Shown here: positions 1 through 11,847 of the stretch, in pieces
How positions within the stretch are numbered: position 1 is the first letter of the stretch
How the letters are laid out: each line of letters starts with the position of its first letter
Origin: Flavobacteriales bacterium
Lineage (GTDB): Bacteria > Bacteroidota > Bacteroidia > UBA10329
Length of the DNA: 64,000 nucleotides
Reading direction: 5' to 3'
NCBI GenBank assembly: GCA_021741155.1
Contig: JAIOYP010000003.1
Span: 7,950-71,949, forward strand
Program-made: the position numbers and the translations under genes
The notes under the pieces: generated by a model
The model's input: the letters and a program-made list of their open reading frames with translations, nothing else
The model's database searches: none
Told to the model about the DNA's origin: nothing

Positions 1-2865
1 TGAAGCAATGTGAGATGCAACACCACCCACGTGGAATGTACGGAGTGTCAACTGCGTTCCAGGCTCACCAATCGACTGTGCAGCAATAACTCCAACAGCA
101 GACCCTTTCTTAATCTCACGACCAGTTGAAAGGTCACGTCCGTAGCACTTAGAGCAGCATCCTCTTTGCGTTTCGCAAGTAAGAACTGAACGAATTTCTA
201 CTGAATCGATTCCTACATCTTCGATGGCTTTAGCCTCGTCTTCATTAATCAATTCGCCAGAGGCAACGATTACGTCTCCCGTTTCTGGATTCAATACATC
301 ATGCAAAGACGTACGACCAAGAATTCTGTCATATAATGACTCGATGATGTCCTCATTCTTCTTCAATGCAGTTGCGATAAGCCCACGGAGTGTTCCGCAA
401 TCCACATCGTTGATAACCACATCTTGAGCAACGTCAACAAGTCTTCTTGTTAGGTAACCCGCGTCAGCCGTTTTAAGGGCTGTATCCGCAAGACCTTTAC
501 GCGCACCGTGAGTAGAAATGAAGTACTCAAGGATGGAAAGTCCCTCCTTAAAGTTAGAAAGGATTGGGTTTTCGATAATCTCTTGAGTAGTAGCACCTGA
601 TTTTTGTGGCTTGGCCATCAAACCTCGCATACCTGACAGCTGACGAATTTGCTCCTTAGAACCTCTCGCACCTGAATCAAGCATCATGTAAACAGAGTTG
701 AATCCCTGCTTATCATTCTTCATTTGATCCATCAACGTCTGAGTTAGACGTGAGTTGGTGTGCGTCCAAATGTCAATGATTTGGTTGTAACGCTCGTTGT
801 TTGTAATGAAACCCATGTTGAAGTTGTTCATTACATCATCAACCTCAGCCTGAGCTTTATCAATCATCGGAGCTTTTTGCTCAGGAATCAAAACATCACC
901 TAAGTTGAACGAAAGTCCACCACGGAATGCGCTCATGAAACCAAGTCCTTTGATTCTGTCAAGGAATCGAGCTGACTCAGCCATACCAACTCGGTAAATA
1001 ATATCACCGATAATATCTCGAAGCGCCTTTTTAGTAAGCAACTCATCAATGTAAGCTACTCCTTTAGGAACAACTTGGTTGAAGAGAACACGACCAACAG
1101 TTGTCTCGATCACTCTCGCTCTTTCGCCAACGATATGAGATGGAACACGCACCTTAATGATGGCGTGTAGGTCCACTTTCTTCTCGTTGTGAGCAATAAT
1201 TACTTCTTCAGCCGAGTAGAAGGTCATTCCTTCTCCTTTCACTTTTTCTTCTGGAGTGCTTCTCTTTTCCTTGGTCATGTAGTACAGACCAAGAACCATG
1301 TCTTGAGATGGTACCGCAATCGGTGCACCGTTGGCAGGGTTCAAGATATTGTGAGAAGCAAGCATCAACATTTGTGCTTCCAAAATGGCCGCGTTGCCCA
1401 ATGGCAAGTGTACCGCCATCTGGTCACCATCGAAATCCGCGTTGAAAGCCGTACAAACCAATGGGTGCAATTGGATTGCTTTACCCTCGATCAGCTTTGG
1501 CTGGAATGCCTGAATACCCAAACGGTGAAGGGTCGGAGCTCGGTTAAGCAATACTGGGTGGTTTGTAAGAACGTTCTCAAGAATATCCCAAACAACCGCG
1601 TCTTTCTTATCAACCAATTTCTTGGCTGATTTCACAGTCTTAACGATACCACGTTCAATCATCTTACGAATGATGAACGGCTTGTAAAGCTCAGCCGCCA
1701 TTCCTTTTGGAAGGCCACACTGGTGCATTTCCAATTCTGGACCTACAACAATTACCGAACGTGCAGAATAATCGACACGCTTTCCAAGAAGGTTCTGACG
1801 GAAACGTCCTTGCTTACCTTTCAATGAGTCTGAAAGTGATTTCAGTGCTCGGTTTGATTCAGTTTTAACAGCCGATGACTTTCTAGAGTTATCGAAAAGT
1901 GAATCGACAGACTCTTGAAGCATACGCTTCTCGTTACGCAAAATCACCTCTGGAGCTTTGATCTCAATCAAACGCTTCAAACGGTTGTTACGGATGATAA
2001 CTCTTCTGTAAAGGTCATTCAAATCCGAAGTGGCAAAACGACCACCATCCAATGGCACCAACGGACGAAGGTCTGGTGGAATTACCGGAATAACCTTTAC
2101 AACCATCCACTCTGGACGGTTCTCGATGTTTTCTTGCGCACTACGGAAAGCTTCAACTACTTGAAGACGCTTTAATGCCTCGTTCTTACGTTGCTGGCTG
2201 GTTTCGTTGTTTGCCTTATGACGAAGGTCGAATGACAATTCATCCAACTTCAAGCCCATTAACAAAGCTTCAAGAGCCTCGGCCCCCATCTTTGCAACGA
2301 ATTTGTTTGGATCCTGATCATCCAAGTATTGGTTTTCCTTTGGCATTCTTTCCAAAGCATCCAAATACTCGTCTTCCGTAAGGAAATCCATGTAATTTAA
2401 TGCTTCGCCCTCGTTGTTAACCGCTTCTCCTGGATTGATTACTACATAACGCTCGTAGTAGATAATCATGTCCAACTTCTTAGTCGGAAGACCAAGTAGG
2501 TAACCAATTTTGTTTGGCAAAGAACGGAAGTACCAGATATGCGCAACAGGCACCACCAATTGGATATGCCCCATTCGTTCTCTACGAACCTTCTTCTCTG
2601 TTACCTCAACGCCACAGCGGTCGCAAATAATTCCTTTATATCGGATACGCTTGTATTTACCGCAATGACATTCGAAATCCTTTACAGGTCCGAAAATCCT
2701 TTCGCAGAAAAGACCATCACGCTCAGGCTTGTATGTCCTGTAGTTGATGGTTTCAGGCTTCAGCACCTCACCTCTCGATCCTTCAAGAATCTTTTCTGGT
2801 GAAGTAAGGCTGATGATAACCTTCTTAAAATTGCTTTTAATCTTATTCTCTCTTTTGAGGGCCAT
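1..2865 (-). CDS. rpoC: RNA polymerase beta' subunit (3' end runs off the window)
   Basis: Not in the ORF track. ATG at 2865 reads [13 protein letters not shown]...[47 protein letters not shown]; NADFDGD motif further in; directly downstream of rpoB. Confidence 0.98.
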   Translation of the reverse strand, partial: MALKRENKIKSNFKKVIISLTSPEKILEGSRGEVLKPETINYRTYKPERDGLFCERIFGPVKDFECHCGKYKRIRYKGIICDRCGVEVTEKKVRRERMGHIQLVVPVAHIWYFRSLPNKIGYLLGLPTKKLDMIIYYERYVVINPGEAVNNEGEALNYMDFLTEDEYLDALERMPKENQYLDDQDPNKFVAKMGAEALEALLMGLKLDELSFDLRHKANNETSQQRKNEALKRLQVVEAFRSAQENIENRPEWMVVKVIPVIPPDLRPLVPLDGGRFATSDLNDLYRRVIIRNNRLKRLIEIKAPEVILRNEKRMLQESVDSLFDNSRKSSAVKTESNRALKSLSDSLKGKQGRFRQNLLGKRVDYSARSVIVVGPELEMHQCGLPKGMAAELYKPFIIRKMIERGIVKTVKSAKKLVDKKDAVVWDILENVLTNHPVLLNRAPTLHRLGIQAFQPKLIEGKAIQLHPLVCTAFNADFDGDQMAVHLPLGNAAILEAQMLMLASHNILNPANGAPIAVPSQDMVLGLYYMTKEKRSTPEEKVKGEGMTFYSAEEVIIAHNEKKVDLHAIIKVRVPSHIVGERARVIETTVGRVLFNQVVPKGVAYIDELLTKKALRDIIGDIIYRVGMAESARFLDRIKGLGFMSAFRGGLSFNLGDVLIPEQKAPMIDKAQAEVDDVMNNFNMGFITNNERYNQIIDIWTHTNSRLTQTLMDQMKNDKQGFNSVYMMLDSGARGSKEQIRQLSGMRGLMAKPQKSGATTQEIIENPILSNFKEGLSILEYFISTHGARKGLADTALKTADAGYLTRRLVDVAQDVVINDVDCGTLRGLIATALKKNEDIIESLYDRILGRTSLHDVLNPETGDVIVASGELINEDEAKAIEDVGIDSVEIRSVLTCETQRGCCSKCYGRDLSTGREIKKGSAVGVIAAQSIGEPGTQLTLRTFHVGGVASHIAS

Positions 2866-2873
2866 TTCTTTGT

Positions 2874-2901
2874 TCAATTATGAATTAAGAATGATGCATT
2901 A
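2874..2901. repeat. Four degenerate heptamers (tcaatta tgaatta agaatga tgcatta)
   Basis: Period-7 phasing read directly, just upstream of the rpoC start. Confidence 0.5.
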
Positions 2902-2953
2902 AAAATTTGAGCGAGCTCTAATCTTAATAAATCAATCAACTAGGGCGTTTTAA

Positions 2954-2983
2954 TTCCTCGCCACGTTTGAGCGTGGCGAGGAA
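2954..2983. other. 12-bp perfect stem-loop in the rpoB-rpoC spacer
   Basis: ttcctcgccacg-tttgag-cgtggcgaggaa; no U-tract in the transcribed (-) direction. Confidence 0.75.
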
Positions 2984-2989
2984 CATTTA

Positions 2990-5900
2990 TCATTCAAGCG
3001 TTACGTTTAGACATAGACCACGAAGTTCATGTAGCAATACGTTGAAGGATTCTGGAATACCAGGTGTTGGCATTGCATCTCCTTTCACAATTGCTTCGTA
3101 CGCTTTTGCACGGCCAACCACGTCATCTGACTTGATTGTCAACATCTCTTGAAGGATGTTTGCTGCACCGAAGCCTTCGAGTGCCCAAACCTCCATCTCT
3201 CCCAAACGCTGTCCACCGAATTGAGCCTTACCACCCAATGGCTGTTGCGTAATGAGTGAGTATGGTCCGATTGAACGGGCGTGCATCTTATCGTCAACCA
3301 TGTGGCCAAGTTTCAGCATGTAGATGATACCAACGGTTGCTGGTTGATCGAAACGCTCTCCAGTTCCACCATCATAGAGGTATGTTCTACCCAATGAAGG
3401 AACGCCTGCTTCTGCGATTTCAGCTTCAATCTCATCTAATGTAGCTCCATCGAAAATCGGTGTAGCATACTTACGGTCTAGTTTTTCACCTGCCCAAGCA
3501 AGAATGGTCTCATAGATCTGTCCTAAGTTCATCCTTGATGGTACACCAAGTGGGTTAAGAACGATATCTACAGGAGTTCCATCTTCGAGGAACGGCATAT
3601 CTTCCTCACGAACGATTCGGGCAACTATACCCTTGTTTCCGTGACGACCAGCCATCTTATCACCTACTTTCAGCTTACGCTTCTTAGCGATGTAAACCTT
3701 GGCCAACTGAACGATTCCTGTTGGAAGCTCATCACCGATAGAGATGGCGAACTTCTTTCGTTTGAATATTCCGAGAAGGTCATTCACTTTGATGTTGAAG
3801 TTGTGAAGCAACTCCTTAATCAATGTGTTCTTTTCCTCGTCTGTTGTCCAACCTGCCGGGTTGATGTTGTCATACTCGATAGAAGAAAGCGACTTCTGTG
3901 TGAACTTGGTTCCTTTTGGAATCAAAACCTCACGCAAGTTGTTCTCAACTCCTTGAGCAGTTTTACCATTAACAAGAACGAAAAGCTTATCAACAAGAAC
4001 ACCTTTCAGTTTTGCAAACTCGATTTCGTGCTCCTCGTCTATTTTGGCAAGAATTTTCTTCTCGTCTGCCTTGCTCTTTTTATCCTTTATGTTTCTTGAG
4101 AACAATTTCTTCTCAAGAACAACACCGTTCAATGACGGGGGTGCTTTCAATGAAGCATCTTTCACATCGCCTGCTTTGTCACCAAAGATTGCTCTCAAAA
4201 GCTTTTCCTCTGGAGAAGGGTCTGTTTCTCCTTTCGGAGTAATCTTTCCTATAAGAATATCGCCAGGACCAACCTCAGCTCCGATACGGATTAATCCGTT
4301 CTCATCAAGATCTTTGGTGGCTTCCTCACTTACGTTCGGAATATCAGCAGTAAGTTCTTCCAAACCTCGTTTGGTGTCTCTTACTTCCAACGAATACTCA
4401 TCAATATGAATAGAAGTAAAGATGTCTTCTTTGGCAACTTTCTCAGAGATCACGATTGCATCCTCGAAGTTGTAGCCTTTCCAAGGCATGAAAGCCACTT
4501 TCAGGTTACGTCCAATTGCCAACTCGCCCTTCTCTGTTCCGAAACCATCGCAAAGAACCTCTCCTTGCTTCACCTTCTGACCCTTCGTTACAATCGGCTT
4601 CAGGTTAACAGTTGTGTTCTGGTTCGTCTTGCGGAATTTAACAAGGTTGTAGGTCTTCAGGTCATCCTCGAAGCTAATCAACTTGTCCAGCTCGTTACGT
4701 TCGTAGCGGATGCTTATTTTGTTTGCATCAACATATTCTACAACTCCATCGCGCTCTGCGTTGATAAGTACACGCGAATCACGGGCAACAAGCGGCTCTA
4801 AACCAGTTCCTACGATAGGAGCTTGTGGTCTTAAAAGTGGAACTGCTTGACGCATCATGTTCGACCCCATCAATGCACGGTTCGCATCATCATGCTCCAA
4901 AAACGGAATCAGTGATGCAGCGATAGATGCAATCTGGTTTGGAGCAACGTCCATCAAATTGATGTTGTTCGGGTTTTCCACAGGGAAATCACCTTCCAAA
5001 CGTGCCTTGATACGGTCGCTGCCGAAAGAACCATCGTCTTTCAAGATAGCGTTTGCTTGTGCAATCGTGTTTTTCTCCTCGTCCTCAGCACTCAAGTAAA
5101 TCGGCTCGCTCTTCATATCCACTTTTCCGCTATTCACCTTGCGGTATGGCGTTTCAATGAATCCAAGCTTGTTCACTTTTGCATAAACGCAAAGTGATGA
5201 GATAAGACCGATGTTCGGTCCTTCTGGAGTTTCAATTGTACAAAGTCGTCCGTAGTGCGTGTAGTGAACGTCACGAACCTCGAAACCGGCCCTTTCTCTC
5301 GAAAGACCACCTGGTCCAAGGGCAGACATTCTACGCTTATGAGTTACCTCAGAAAGTGGATTGGTTTGATCCATGAACTGAGATAGTTGGTTTGTTCCAA
5401 AGAACGAGTTGATCACAGAAGAAAGAGTCTTCGCGTTAATCAAGTCAATTGGTGTAAAAACCTCGTTATCACGTACGTTCATTCGCTCGCGGATTGTTCT
5501 TGCCATACGAGCAAGTCCAACTCCGAACTGAGCATATAATTGCTCACCAACCGTACGCACACGTCTGTTGCTCAAGTGGTCAATATCATCCACATCTGTC
5601 TTAGAGTTAATCAGCTCAATCAAATACTTGATGATGCAAATGATGTCCTCCTTGGTCAACACTTTTTGATCCTCTGGCGTATTCAAACCGAGTTTACGGT
5701 TGATACGGAATCGACCTACTTCACCAAGATCGTATCTCTTATCAGAGAAGAACAACTTATCGATGATTCCACGAGCGGTTTCCTCATCTGGTGGTTCAGC
5801 ATTACGAAGTTGACGATAGATGTGCTCTACTGCTTCTTTCTCAGAGTTTGAAGTATCCTTGGCAAGTGTGTTGTAAATGATGGCGAAATCGGCAGCATTC

Positions 5901-6799
5901 ACTTCTTCACGGTGAAGAATCACACTCTTCACTCCCGCTTCAAGGATAAGGTCCATGTGATCCTTATCGATGATGGTCTCACGGTCTATGATTACCTCGT
6001 TACGTTCGATAGATACAACCTCTCCGGTATCCTCATCAACGAAATCCTCTACCCATGAGCGGAGAACTCTTGCAGCCAATTTTCGGCCTTTGATTCTTGC
6101 AAGACCTGCTTTGCTAACTTTTACTTCGTCAGCAAGACCGAAGATTTCCAAGATGTCTTTATCGCTTTCGAAACCAATTGCACGAAGCAAAGTGGTTACC
6201 GGAAGCTTTTTCTTACGGTCGATGTAAGCGTACATCGCACCATGTATGTCAGTCGCAAACTCTATCCAAGAACCTTTGAATGGAATAACACGTGCCGAGT
6301 ACAATTTTGTACCGTTGGCATGGTAGCTCTGTCCAAAGAAAACCCCTGGTGAACGGTGAAGCTGAGATACAACCACACGCTCGGCACCGTTGACCACGAA
6401 TGATCCTTTGGGTGTCATGTACGGGATGGTTCCCAAATACACATCCTGAACGATGGTCTCAAAGTCCTCGTGTTCGGGATCTGTACAATAAAGTTTTAGT
6501 TTGGCCTTAAGAGGTACACTGTGTGTGAGTCCTCTTTCGATACACTCTTCTATAGAATAGCGTGGCGGGTCTATAAAGTAATCCAAGAACTCAAGAACGA
6601 AGTTGTTTCTTGTATCAGTAATCGGAAAATTTTCCGCGAATACTTTAAAGAGACCTTCGTTATGTCTGTTCTCTGGAGTTGTCTCCAGCTGGAAAAAATC
6701 TTTAAAAGACTTGAGCTGTATTTCTAAGAAGTCAGGATAAGGAATCTGATTTTTTGTGGAGGCAAAATTCTTACGTCCGGGTTTTGTGTTCAGCGCCAA
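2990..6799 (-). CDS. rpoB: RNA polymerase beta subunit
   Basis: 1269 aa, TTG start; [19 protein letters not shown] and [14 protein letters not shown] motifs. Confidence 0.99.
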   Translation of the reverse strand: MALNTKPGRKNFASTKNQIPYPDFLEIQLKSFKDFFQLETTPENRHNEGLFKVFAENFPITDTRNNFVLEFLDYFIDPPRYSIEECIERGLTHSVPLKAKLKLYCTDPEHEDFETIVQDVYLGTIPYMTPKGSFVVNGAERVVVSQLHRSPGVFFGQSYHANGTKLYSARVIPFKGSWIEFATDIHGAMYAYIDRKKKLPVTTLLRAIGFESDKDILEIFGLADEVKVSKAGLARIKGRKLAARVLRSWVEDFVDEDTGEVVSIERNEVIIDRETIIDKDHMDLILEAGVKSVILHREEVNAADFAIIYNTLAKDTSNSEKEAVEHIYRQLRNAEPPDEETARGIIDKLFFSDKRYDLGEVGRFRINRKLGLNTPEDQKVLTKEDIICIIKYLIELINSKTDVDDIDHLSNRRVRTVGEQLYAQFGVGLARMARTIRERMNVRDNEVFTPIDLINAKTLSSVINSFFGTNQLSQFMDQTNPLSEVTHKRRMSALGPGGLSRERAGFEVRDVHYTHYGRLCTIETPEGPNIGLISSLCVYAKVNKLGFIETPYRKVNSGKVDMKSEPIYLSAEDEEKNTIAQANAILKDDGSFGSDRIKARLEGDFPVENPNNINLMDVAPNQIASIAASLIPFLEHDDANRALMGSNMMRQAVPLLRPQAPIVGTGLEPLVARDSRVLINAERDGVVEYVDANKISIRYERNELDKLISFEDDLKTYNLVKFRKTNQNTTVNLKPIVTKGQKVKQGEVLCDGFGTEKGELAIGRNLKVAFMPWKGYNFEDAIVISEKVAKEDIFTSIHIDEYSLEVRDTKRGLEELTADIPNVSEEATKDLDENGLIRIGAEVGPGDILIGKITPKGETDPSPEEKLLRAIFGDKAGDVKDASLKAPPSLNGVVLEKKLFSRNIKDKKSKADEKKILAKIDEEHEIEFAKLKGVLVDKLFVLVNGKTAQGVENNLREVLIPKGTKFTQKSLSSIEYDNINPAGWTTDEEKNTLIKELLHNFNIKVNDLLGIFKRKKFAISIGDELPTGIVQLAKVYIAKKRKLKVGDKMAGRHGNKGIVARIVREEDMPFLEDGTPVDIVLNPLGVPSRMNLGQIYETILAWAGEKLDRKYATPIFDGATLDEIEAEIAEAGVPSLGRTYLYDGGTGERFDQPATVGIIYMLKLGHMVDDKMHARSIGPYSLITQQPLGGKAQFGGQRLGEMEVWALEGFGAANILQEMLTIKSDDVVGRAKAYEAIVKGDAMPTPGIPESFNVLLHELRGLCLNVTLE

Positions 6800-6847
6800 G
6801 GTCTTGAATTTAGATGTTTGTGAAATGAATTAACTGTAAACGGTAAT

Positions 6848-6891
6848 AGGCCGAAGCCAAACCACACCATAAGTGTGGTTGGCTTCAACCT
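6848..6891 (-). other. Long imperfect stem-loop between rplL and rpoB (attenuator or processing-site candidate)
   Basis: On the - strand aggttgaagccaaccacac pairs with gtgtggtttggcttcggcct (G.U pairs, one bulge). Confidence 0.6.
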
Positions 6892-6911
6892 TTAAAACTC
6901 AGAAAGAGAGA

Positions 6912-7295
6912 TTACTTAACCTCAACTTCGGCTCCTGCCTCAGTAAGCTGAGATTTAAGAGCTTCTGCTTCCTCCTTAGAGACACCTTCTTTAAGTGGCT
7001 TTGGAGCTCCATCAACAAGTTCTTTAGCCTCTTTAAGACCTAGACCTGTAAGCTCTTTTACCAACTTAACTACTGCAAGCTTAGAAGCTCCAGCTGATTT
7101 AAGGATAACATCGAATTCGGTTTGTGCTTCAGCAGCATCGTCACCAGCTCCACCAGCCGCAGGGCCAGCAGCAATAGCAACTGCAGCAGCTGCAGGCTCA
7201 ATTCCGTACTCATCTTTAAGTATTTGAGCAAGTTCGTTCACTTCCTTTACAGAAAGGTTAACGAGTTGTTCTGCGAATTCTTTAAGATCTGCCAT
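6912..7295 (-). CDS. rplL: 50S ribosomal protein L7/L12
   Basis: [33 protein letters not shown]. Confidence 0.99.
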   Translation of the reverse strand: MADLKEFAEQLVNLSVKEVNELAQILKDEYGIEPAAAAVAIAAGPAAGGAGDDAAEAQTEFDVILKSAGASKLAVVKLVKELTGLGLKEAKELVDGAPKPLKEGVSKEEAEALKSQLTEAGAEVEVK

Positions 7296-7350
7296 TTTAT
7301 TTAATTGTTATTCGTGTTTGTAAATTGATTAGTTGAAAACCGATAAGCGA

Positions 7351-7872
7351 TCATTCGCCTTTTTCGGCAAGTGTTTGTAGTATTCCAGCAAGGTTTCTTC
7401 CAGGTGATTGAAGCGCAGAGATAACGTTCTTCGCAGGCGACTGCAGAAGTCCGATAAGTTCTCCAAGCAACTCTTCTTTCGACTTGATGTTTTCCAAAAA
7501 GTCAATGTTTGCGTCTCCCAGATAGATGCTTTCTCCTACGTAAGCTCCTTTAAGAAGTGGACGGTCACCTTTCTTTCTGTATTCTTTGATAAGCCTTGCC
7601 GGAGCATTGCCTGTTTCAGAGAACATGATCGAAGTATTACCTTTCAAAACGCCATAAAGACCTTCGTAATCGCCAGTGGCTCTTTCCATTGCTTTTCTAA
7701 GCAATGTGTTCTTTACAACTTTTAGTCCAATCGACTTCTTGTGTGCCGCAGCACGAAGCTTATAAGTTTGCTCAGCATTGAGGTTAGAGATGTCAGCCAA
7801 ATAGAAATTCGGGTTGTTCTCCAACTCAACAGTCAAAGCCTCAATTGCTTGATTTTTTTCTTGTTTGTTCAT
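7351..7872 (-). CDS. rplJ: 50S ribosomal protein L10
   Basis: VVKNTLLRKA, SKEELLGELIGLLQSP; operon position. Confidence 0.97.
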   Translation of the reverse strand: MNKQEKNQAIEALTVELENNPNFYLADISNLNAEQTYKLRAAAHKKSIGLKVVKNTLLRKAMERATGDYEGLYGVLKGNTSIMFSETGNAPARLIKEYRKKGDRPLLKGAYVGESIYLGDANIDFLENIKSKEELLGELIGLLQSPAKNVISALQSPGRNLAGILQTLAEKGE

Positions 7873-7889
7873 AGTGTGAGTCTTCCGAA

Positions 7890-8576
7890 TTAAACTGATT
7901 TAACATCCACTCTCACGCTCGGGGTCATTGTTCCCGAAAGAGCGATACTTTTAATGTAGGTTCCTTTAGCCGCAGAAGGCTTGAGTTTAACAAGTGTTTG
8001 AATCAGTTCAACTGCATTTTCAACAATCTTGTCTTCTGAAAAAGACACTTTTCCTATTGATGCGTGAATGATTCCGTACTTATCAACCTTAAAGTCAATC
8101 TTACCGGCCTTTACATCCGAAACCGCCTTACCAATATCCATGGTAACTGTTCCCGCTTTTGGGTTCGGCATAAGACCACGTGGTCCCAATACTCTACCCA
8201 ACGGACCCAATTTGGCCATAACCGTTGGCATGGTTACTATAACATCTACATCGGTCCATCCCCCCTTGATCTTGTCGAGATACTCGTCAAGTCCAACAAA
8301 GTCAGCACCGGCAGCCTTTGCTTCTTCCTCCTTATCAGGAGTACAAAGCGCAAGAACTTTTACTGCTTTACCTGTACCATGCGGAAGGCTGCAAACACCA
8401 CGTACCATCTGGTTCGCTTTTCTCGGGTCGACTCCTAACCTTACGGCAAGGTCAACCGAGGCATCGAACTTTGATGCTGGCATTTGTTTAATCAGCCCTG
8501 CTGCATCGCTAAGTGAATATGTCTTTTCAACATCCACTAGCTCAAGGGCTTTCTTTCTATTCTTAGTAAGTGCCAT
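7890..8576 (-). CDS. rplA: 50S ribosomal protein L1
   Basis: [33 protein letters not shown]. Confidence 0.99.
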   Translation of the reverse strand: MALTKNRKKALELVDVEKTYSLSDAAGLIKQMPASKFDASVDLAVRLGVDPRKANQMVRGVCSLPHGTGKAVKVLALCTPDKEEEAKAAGADFVGLDEYLDKIKGGWTDVDVIVTMPTVMAKLGPLGRVLGPRGLMPNPKAGTVTMDIGKAVSDVKAGKIDFKVDKYGIIHASIGKVSFSEDKIVENAVELIQTLVKLKPSAAKGTYIKSIALSGTMTPSVRVDVKSV

Positions 8577-8582
8577 TTTTAA

Positions 8583-9026
8583 TTAAGCTTTTTGTGGAAG
8601 TTTTCCGGTTACAGTCACTCCCATGCTACGCGCTGTTCCAGCGATCATATGCATGGCAGATTCAACAGTAAAACAGTTCATGTCAGGCAGTTTTTCGTCA
8701 GCGATTGCTTTAATCTGGTCAACAGTAATCTTGCCCACTTTTACGCGGTTAGATTCGGCAGACCCAGTTTTAAGCTTAATCGCTTCTTTAATTGAGACAG
8801 CTACAGGGGATTTCTTAACCACAAACTCGAACGATTTGTCCGCGTACACTGTGATTACCACCGGCAATATTTTTCCTTGCGACTCCTGAGTACGAGCATT
8901 GAATTGCTTACAGAAGTCCATAATATTGACTCCTTTAGCACCCAAGGCTGGCCCAACAGGTGGGGCAGGGTTAGCGGCACCACCCCGTATCTGGAGCTTA
9001 ATTAATGCGCTTATCTCTTTTGCCAT
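8583..9026 (-). CDS. rplK: 50S ribosomal protein L11
   Basis: [27 protein letters not shown]. Confidence 0.99.
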   Translation of the reverse strand: MAKEISALIKLQIRGGAANPAPPVGPALGAKGVNIMDFCKQFNARTQESQGKILPVVITVYADKSFEFVVKKSPVAVSIKEAIKLKTGSAESNRVKVGKITVDQIKAIADEKLPDMNCFTVESAMHMIAGTARSMGVTVTGKLPQKA

Positions 9027-9117
9027 GTTTAACTATTGTTATTTGAACTATTTATATATGATAGACAGCGCAGGGGGAAGCATTCATAAATCAATGCACT
9101 GATATATCCTCGTTTAT

Positions 9118-9666
9118 TTACTCTTTTTCTACTTGCATGTAGCTTAATTCCAATGGTGTTTTTCTTCCGAAAATCTTCACCATTACCTTAAGCTTTTTCT
9201 TTTCTTCATTGATTTCTTCAATGATTCCGCTGAATGTGTTAAAAGGCCCGTCAATTACCTTAACCGCTTCGCCAACAACGAAAGGAATATTCATTTCCTC
9301 ATCACTTTCTGCAAGCTCATCCACTTTACCTAGGATTCTGTTCACCTCGGACTGACGCAATGGAACAGGTGCTCCGCCTTTGGTCTCACCTAAAAATCCG
9401 ATAACACCTGTAATGTTCTTAATGATATGTGGAATCTCTCCGATCAGGTCCGCCTCAATAAGAATGTAACCAGGGAAGAAATTTCTCTCCTTACTTACTT
9501 TCTTTCCTTTTCTGATTTGGAATACTTTTTCCTTTGGAATAAGCACTTGAGCTACATGGTCCGACATTCCAGCATGAGAAATCTCTGCCTCGATGTAATC
9601 CTTCACCTTTGATTCCTGACCACTAATAGCCCGAACCACGTACCATTTTTTACTACTCTCGCTCAT
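9118..9666 (-). CDS. nusG: Transcription termination/antitermination factor NusG
   Basis: WYVVRAISGQE, FFPGYILIE, KOW motif VKVIDGPFNTFSG, IFGRKTPLEL. Confidence 0.99.
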   Translation of the reverse strand: MSESSKKWYVVRAISGQESKVKDYIEAEISHAGMSDHVAQVLIPKEKVFQIRKGKKVSKERNFFPGYILIEADLIGEIPHIIKNITGVIGFLGETKGGAPVPLRQSEVNRILGKVDELAESDEEMNIPFVVGEAVKVIDGPFNTFSGIIEEINEEKKKLKVMVKIFGRKTPLELSYMQVEKE

Positions 9667-9689
9667 TCTTGTCTTATACTTCAGTTTGC

Positions 9690-9911
9690 TCAGAATAACT
9701 CATAGAAAAAACCTAGTACGCCTTTCCAAACCGTGTCCTGCCCTCCATTGATACCGAATGCAAAATCCATAACGAAAATCATTAGTGCAATGATGATTGA
9801 AGCAATTGCTACAATCCACGTACTGTTTTGCAACTCAGCCCAAGTTGGCCAAGAAACCTTGTTTACAAGCTCGTTGTAAGATTCTTCTACGTATGTCTTG
9901 ATATTCGCCAT
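9690..9911 (-). CDS. secE: Preprotein translocase subunit SecE (73 aa)
   Basis: Start re-called at ATG 9911 (MANIKTYVEESYNELVNKVSWPTW); the ORF-track extension overlaps tRNA-Trp. Confidence 0.95.
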   Translation of the reverse strand: MANIKTYVEESYNELVNKVSWPTWAELQNSTWIVAIASIIIALMIFVMDFAFGINGGQDTVWKGVLGFFYELF

Positions 9912-9927
9912 TTCGTTTGTTTCGTTG

Positions 9928-10000
9928 CACGGGAGGAGAGACTCGAACTCCCGACACCAGGTTTTGGAGACCTGTGCTCTACCAACTGAGCTACACCCGT
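9928..10000 (-). tRNA. trnW: tRNA-Trp(CCA)
   Basis: ACGGGTGTAGCTCAGTTGGTAGAGCACAGGTCTCCAAAACCTGGTGTCGGGAGTTCGAGTCTCTCCTCCCGTG; CCA end not encoded. Confidence 0.96.
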
Positions 10001-10011
10001 TTATTGAAGGC

Positions 10012-10042
10012 AAAAGGCATCCCGACAAGTCGGGACACCTTT
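10012..10042 (-). terminator. Terminator-like hairpin after tuf
   Basis: - strand aaaggugucccgac-uu-gucgggaugccuuuu. Confidence 0.65.
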
Positions 10043-10059
10043 CACAACTTCAGTTTTTA

Positions 10060-11247
10060 TTATTTGGTGATCTCTGTAATCTGACCAGCGCCTACTGTTC
10101 TACCACCCTCACGGATAGCGAAACGAAGACCAATAGCCATTGCAACAGGAACAATCAATTTTACATTGATAGTCAAGTTATCTCCAGGCATAACCATTTC
10201 CTGTCCTTCTGGAAGGAAAATCTCACCAGTTACGTCTGTAGTTCTGATGTAGAACTGTGGACGGTACTTGTTGTGGAATGGAGTGTGACGTCCACCTTCT
10301 TCTTTTTTCAAAACATAAATCTCAGCTTTGAATTCGGTATGAGGCTTGATTGATCCTGGCTTGGCGATTACCATTCCTCTCTTAATCGCTTCTTTCTCGA
10401 TACCTCTCAAAAGAAGACCAACGTTATCTCCAGCTTCTCCTCTGTCAAGGATTTTACGGAACATCTCAACTCCAGTAATAGTAGAAGTCAATTTCTCCTC
10501 ACCCATTCCAAGGATTTCAACACCGTCTCCTGTATTAATAACACCAGTTTCGATTCTTCCTGTAGCAACAGTTCCACGACCAGTGATTGAGAAAACGTCC
10601 TCAACTGGCATTAGGAATGGCTTATCAATTTCTCTTGGTGGAATTTCAATCCAATTATCAACAGCATCCATCAACTCCAAAATAGTCTTAGACCATTTCT
10701 CGTCTCCGTTCAATCCACCTAGTGCAGAACCTTGGATAACTGGTGTGTTGTCTCCATCGTAATCATAGAAAGACAACAATTCTCTCAATTCCATATCAAC
10801 AAGCTCCAACAACTCCTCGTCATCAACCATGTCGCACTTGTTCATGAAAACAACTACTCTAGGTACGTTTACCTGACGTGCAAGAAGGATATGCTCACGG
10901 GTCTGTGGCATTGGTCCGTCTGTAGCAGCACAAACAAGGATAGCTCCGTCCATTTGAGCAGCTCCAGTAACCATGTTCTTTACGTAATCCGCGTGACCTG
11001 GACAGTCAACGTGTGCGTAGTGACGGTTAGCAGTTGTGTACTCAACGTGCGAAGTGTTAATTGTAATGCCTCTTTCTTTTTCTTCAGGGGCATTATCAAT
11101 TGAATCAAAACTTCTTTCTACTGACAAACCAGCTTTTGCCAATACCATTGTAATAGCAGCGGTTAGTGTTGTTTTACCGTGGTCAACGTGGCCAATTGTA
11201 CCAATGTTGACATGCGGCTTGGAACGATCAAAATTCTCTTTGGCCAT
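10060..11247 (-). CDS. tuf: Elongation factor Tu
   Basis: [25 protein letters not shown] motifs. Confidence 0.99.
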   Translation of the reverse strand: MAKENFDRSKPHVNIGTIGHVDHGKTTLTAAITMVLAKAGLSVERSFDSIDNAPEEKERGITINTSHVEYTTANRHYAHVDCPGHADYVKNMVTGAAQMDGAILVCAATDGPMPQTREHILLARQVNVPRVVVFMNKCDMVDDEELLELVDMELRELLSFYDYDGDNTPVIQGSALGGLNGDEKWSKTILELMDAVDNWIEIPPREIDKPFLMPVEDVFSITGRGTVATGRIETGVINTGDGVEILGMGEEKLTSTITGVEMFRKILDRGEAGDNVGLLLRGIEKEAIKRGMVIAKPGSIKPHTEFKAEIYVLKKEEGGRHTPFHNKYRPQFYIRTTDVTGEIFLPEGQEMVMPGDNLTINVKLIVPVAMAIGLRFAIREGGRTVGAGQITEITK

Positions 11248-11332
11248 GGTTAATTATTGTTTTATTGTTACTTATTTGATTTTACTATTTACTTATTCAC
11301 AAACTACTTCTCACTCCTCTACCGTACTTCAG

Positions 11333-11404
<72 letters not shown>

Positions 11405-11444
11405 TTTCACACCCCGCAGCTTTTGGGGTCATTTGTTTTTAATG

Positions 11445-11517
11445 AGCGGGAGACGAGATTCGAACTCGCGACCCTCAGCTTGGAAGGCTGATGCTCTACC
11501 AACTGAGCTACTCCCGC
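11445..11517 (-). tRNA. trnG: tRNA-Gly(TCC)
   Basis: GCGGGAGTAGCTCAGTTGGTAGAGCATCAGCCTTCCAAGCTGAGGGTCGCGAGTTCGAATCTCGTCTCCCGCT. Confidence 0.96.
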
Positions 11518-11536
11518 TTATAATTATTATTGTTGG

Positions 11537-11622
11537 TGGTGGGGAGAGAAGGATTCGAACCTTCGAAGGTATAAACCAACAGATTTACAGTCTGTCCTCG
11601 TTGGCCGCTTGAGTATCTCCCC
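11537..11622 (-). tRNA. trnY: tRNA-Tyr(GTA)
   Basis: GGGGAGATACTCAAGCGGCCAACGAGGACAGACTGTAAATCTGT..long variable arm..GGTTCGAATCCTTCTCTCCCCACCA. Confidence 0.96.
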
Positions 11623-11648
11623 GACACTATAAATATTTTCAAAGAACG

Positions 11649-11722
11649 AGCCGGTGGAGGGATTCGAACCCCCGACCAGCTGATTACAAATCAGCTGCTC
11701 TGGCCAACTGAGCTACACCGGC
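11649..11722 (-). tRNA. trnT: tRNA-Thr(TGT)
   Basis: GCCGGTGTAGCTCAGTTGGCCAGAGCAGCTGATTTGTAATCAGCTGGTCGGGGGTTCGAATCCCTCCACCGGCT. Confidence 0.96.
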
Positions 11723-11795
11723 TTTTACTCTACTTCCCTTTAACCATGAGGCCTGTGGCGCTTTTGACACTTAGAACCTCCTCGAAAAAGGACTG

Positions 11796-11826
11796 CAAAT
11801 GTAATACTTTAGCTTCAGTAGAACAA
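11796..11826 (-). promoter_or_regulatory. Bacteroidota sigma-70 promoter of the tRNA-tuf operon
   Basis: TACATTTG (-7 box, 11803-11796) with TTG 20 nt upstream (-33 box). Confidence 0.75.
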
Positions 11827-11847
11827 TACCTCTAGAAAAAAATTATC

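Noticed and set aside
1189-6727. Many 60-150 aa + strand ORFs opposite rpoB and rpoC (and similar ones throughout the window)
   Set aside because: Antisense shadows of highly conserved genes with biased codon usage.
11268-11316. Possible period-7 pattern (ttactta/ttactat) in the tuf leader
   Set aside because: Too degenerate to separate from ordinary A-rich Bacteroidota leader composition.
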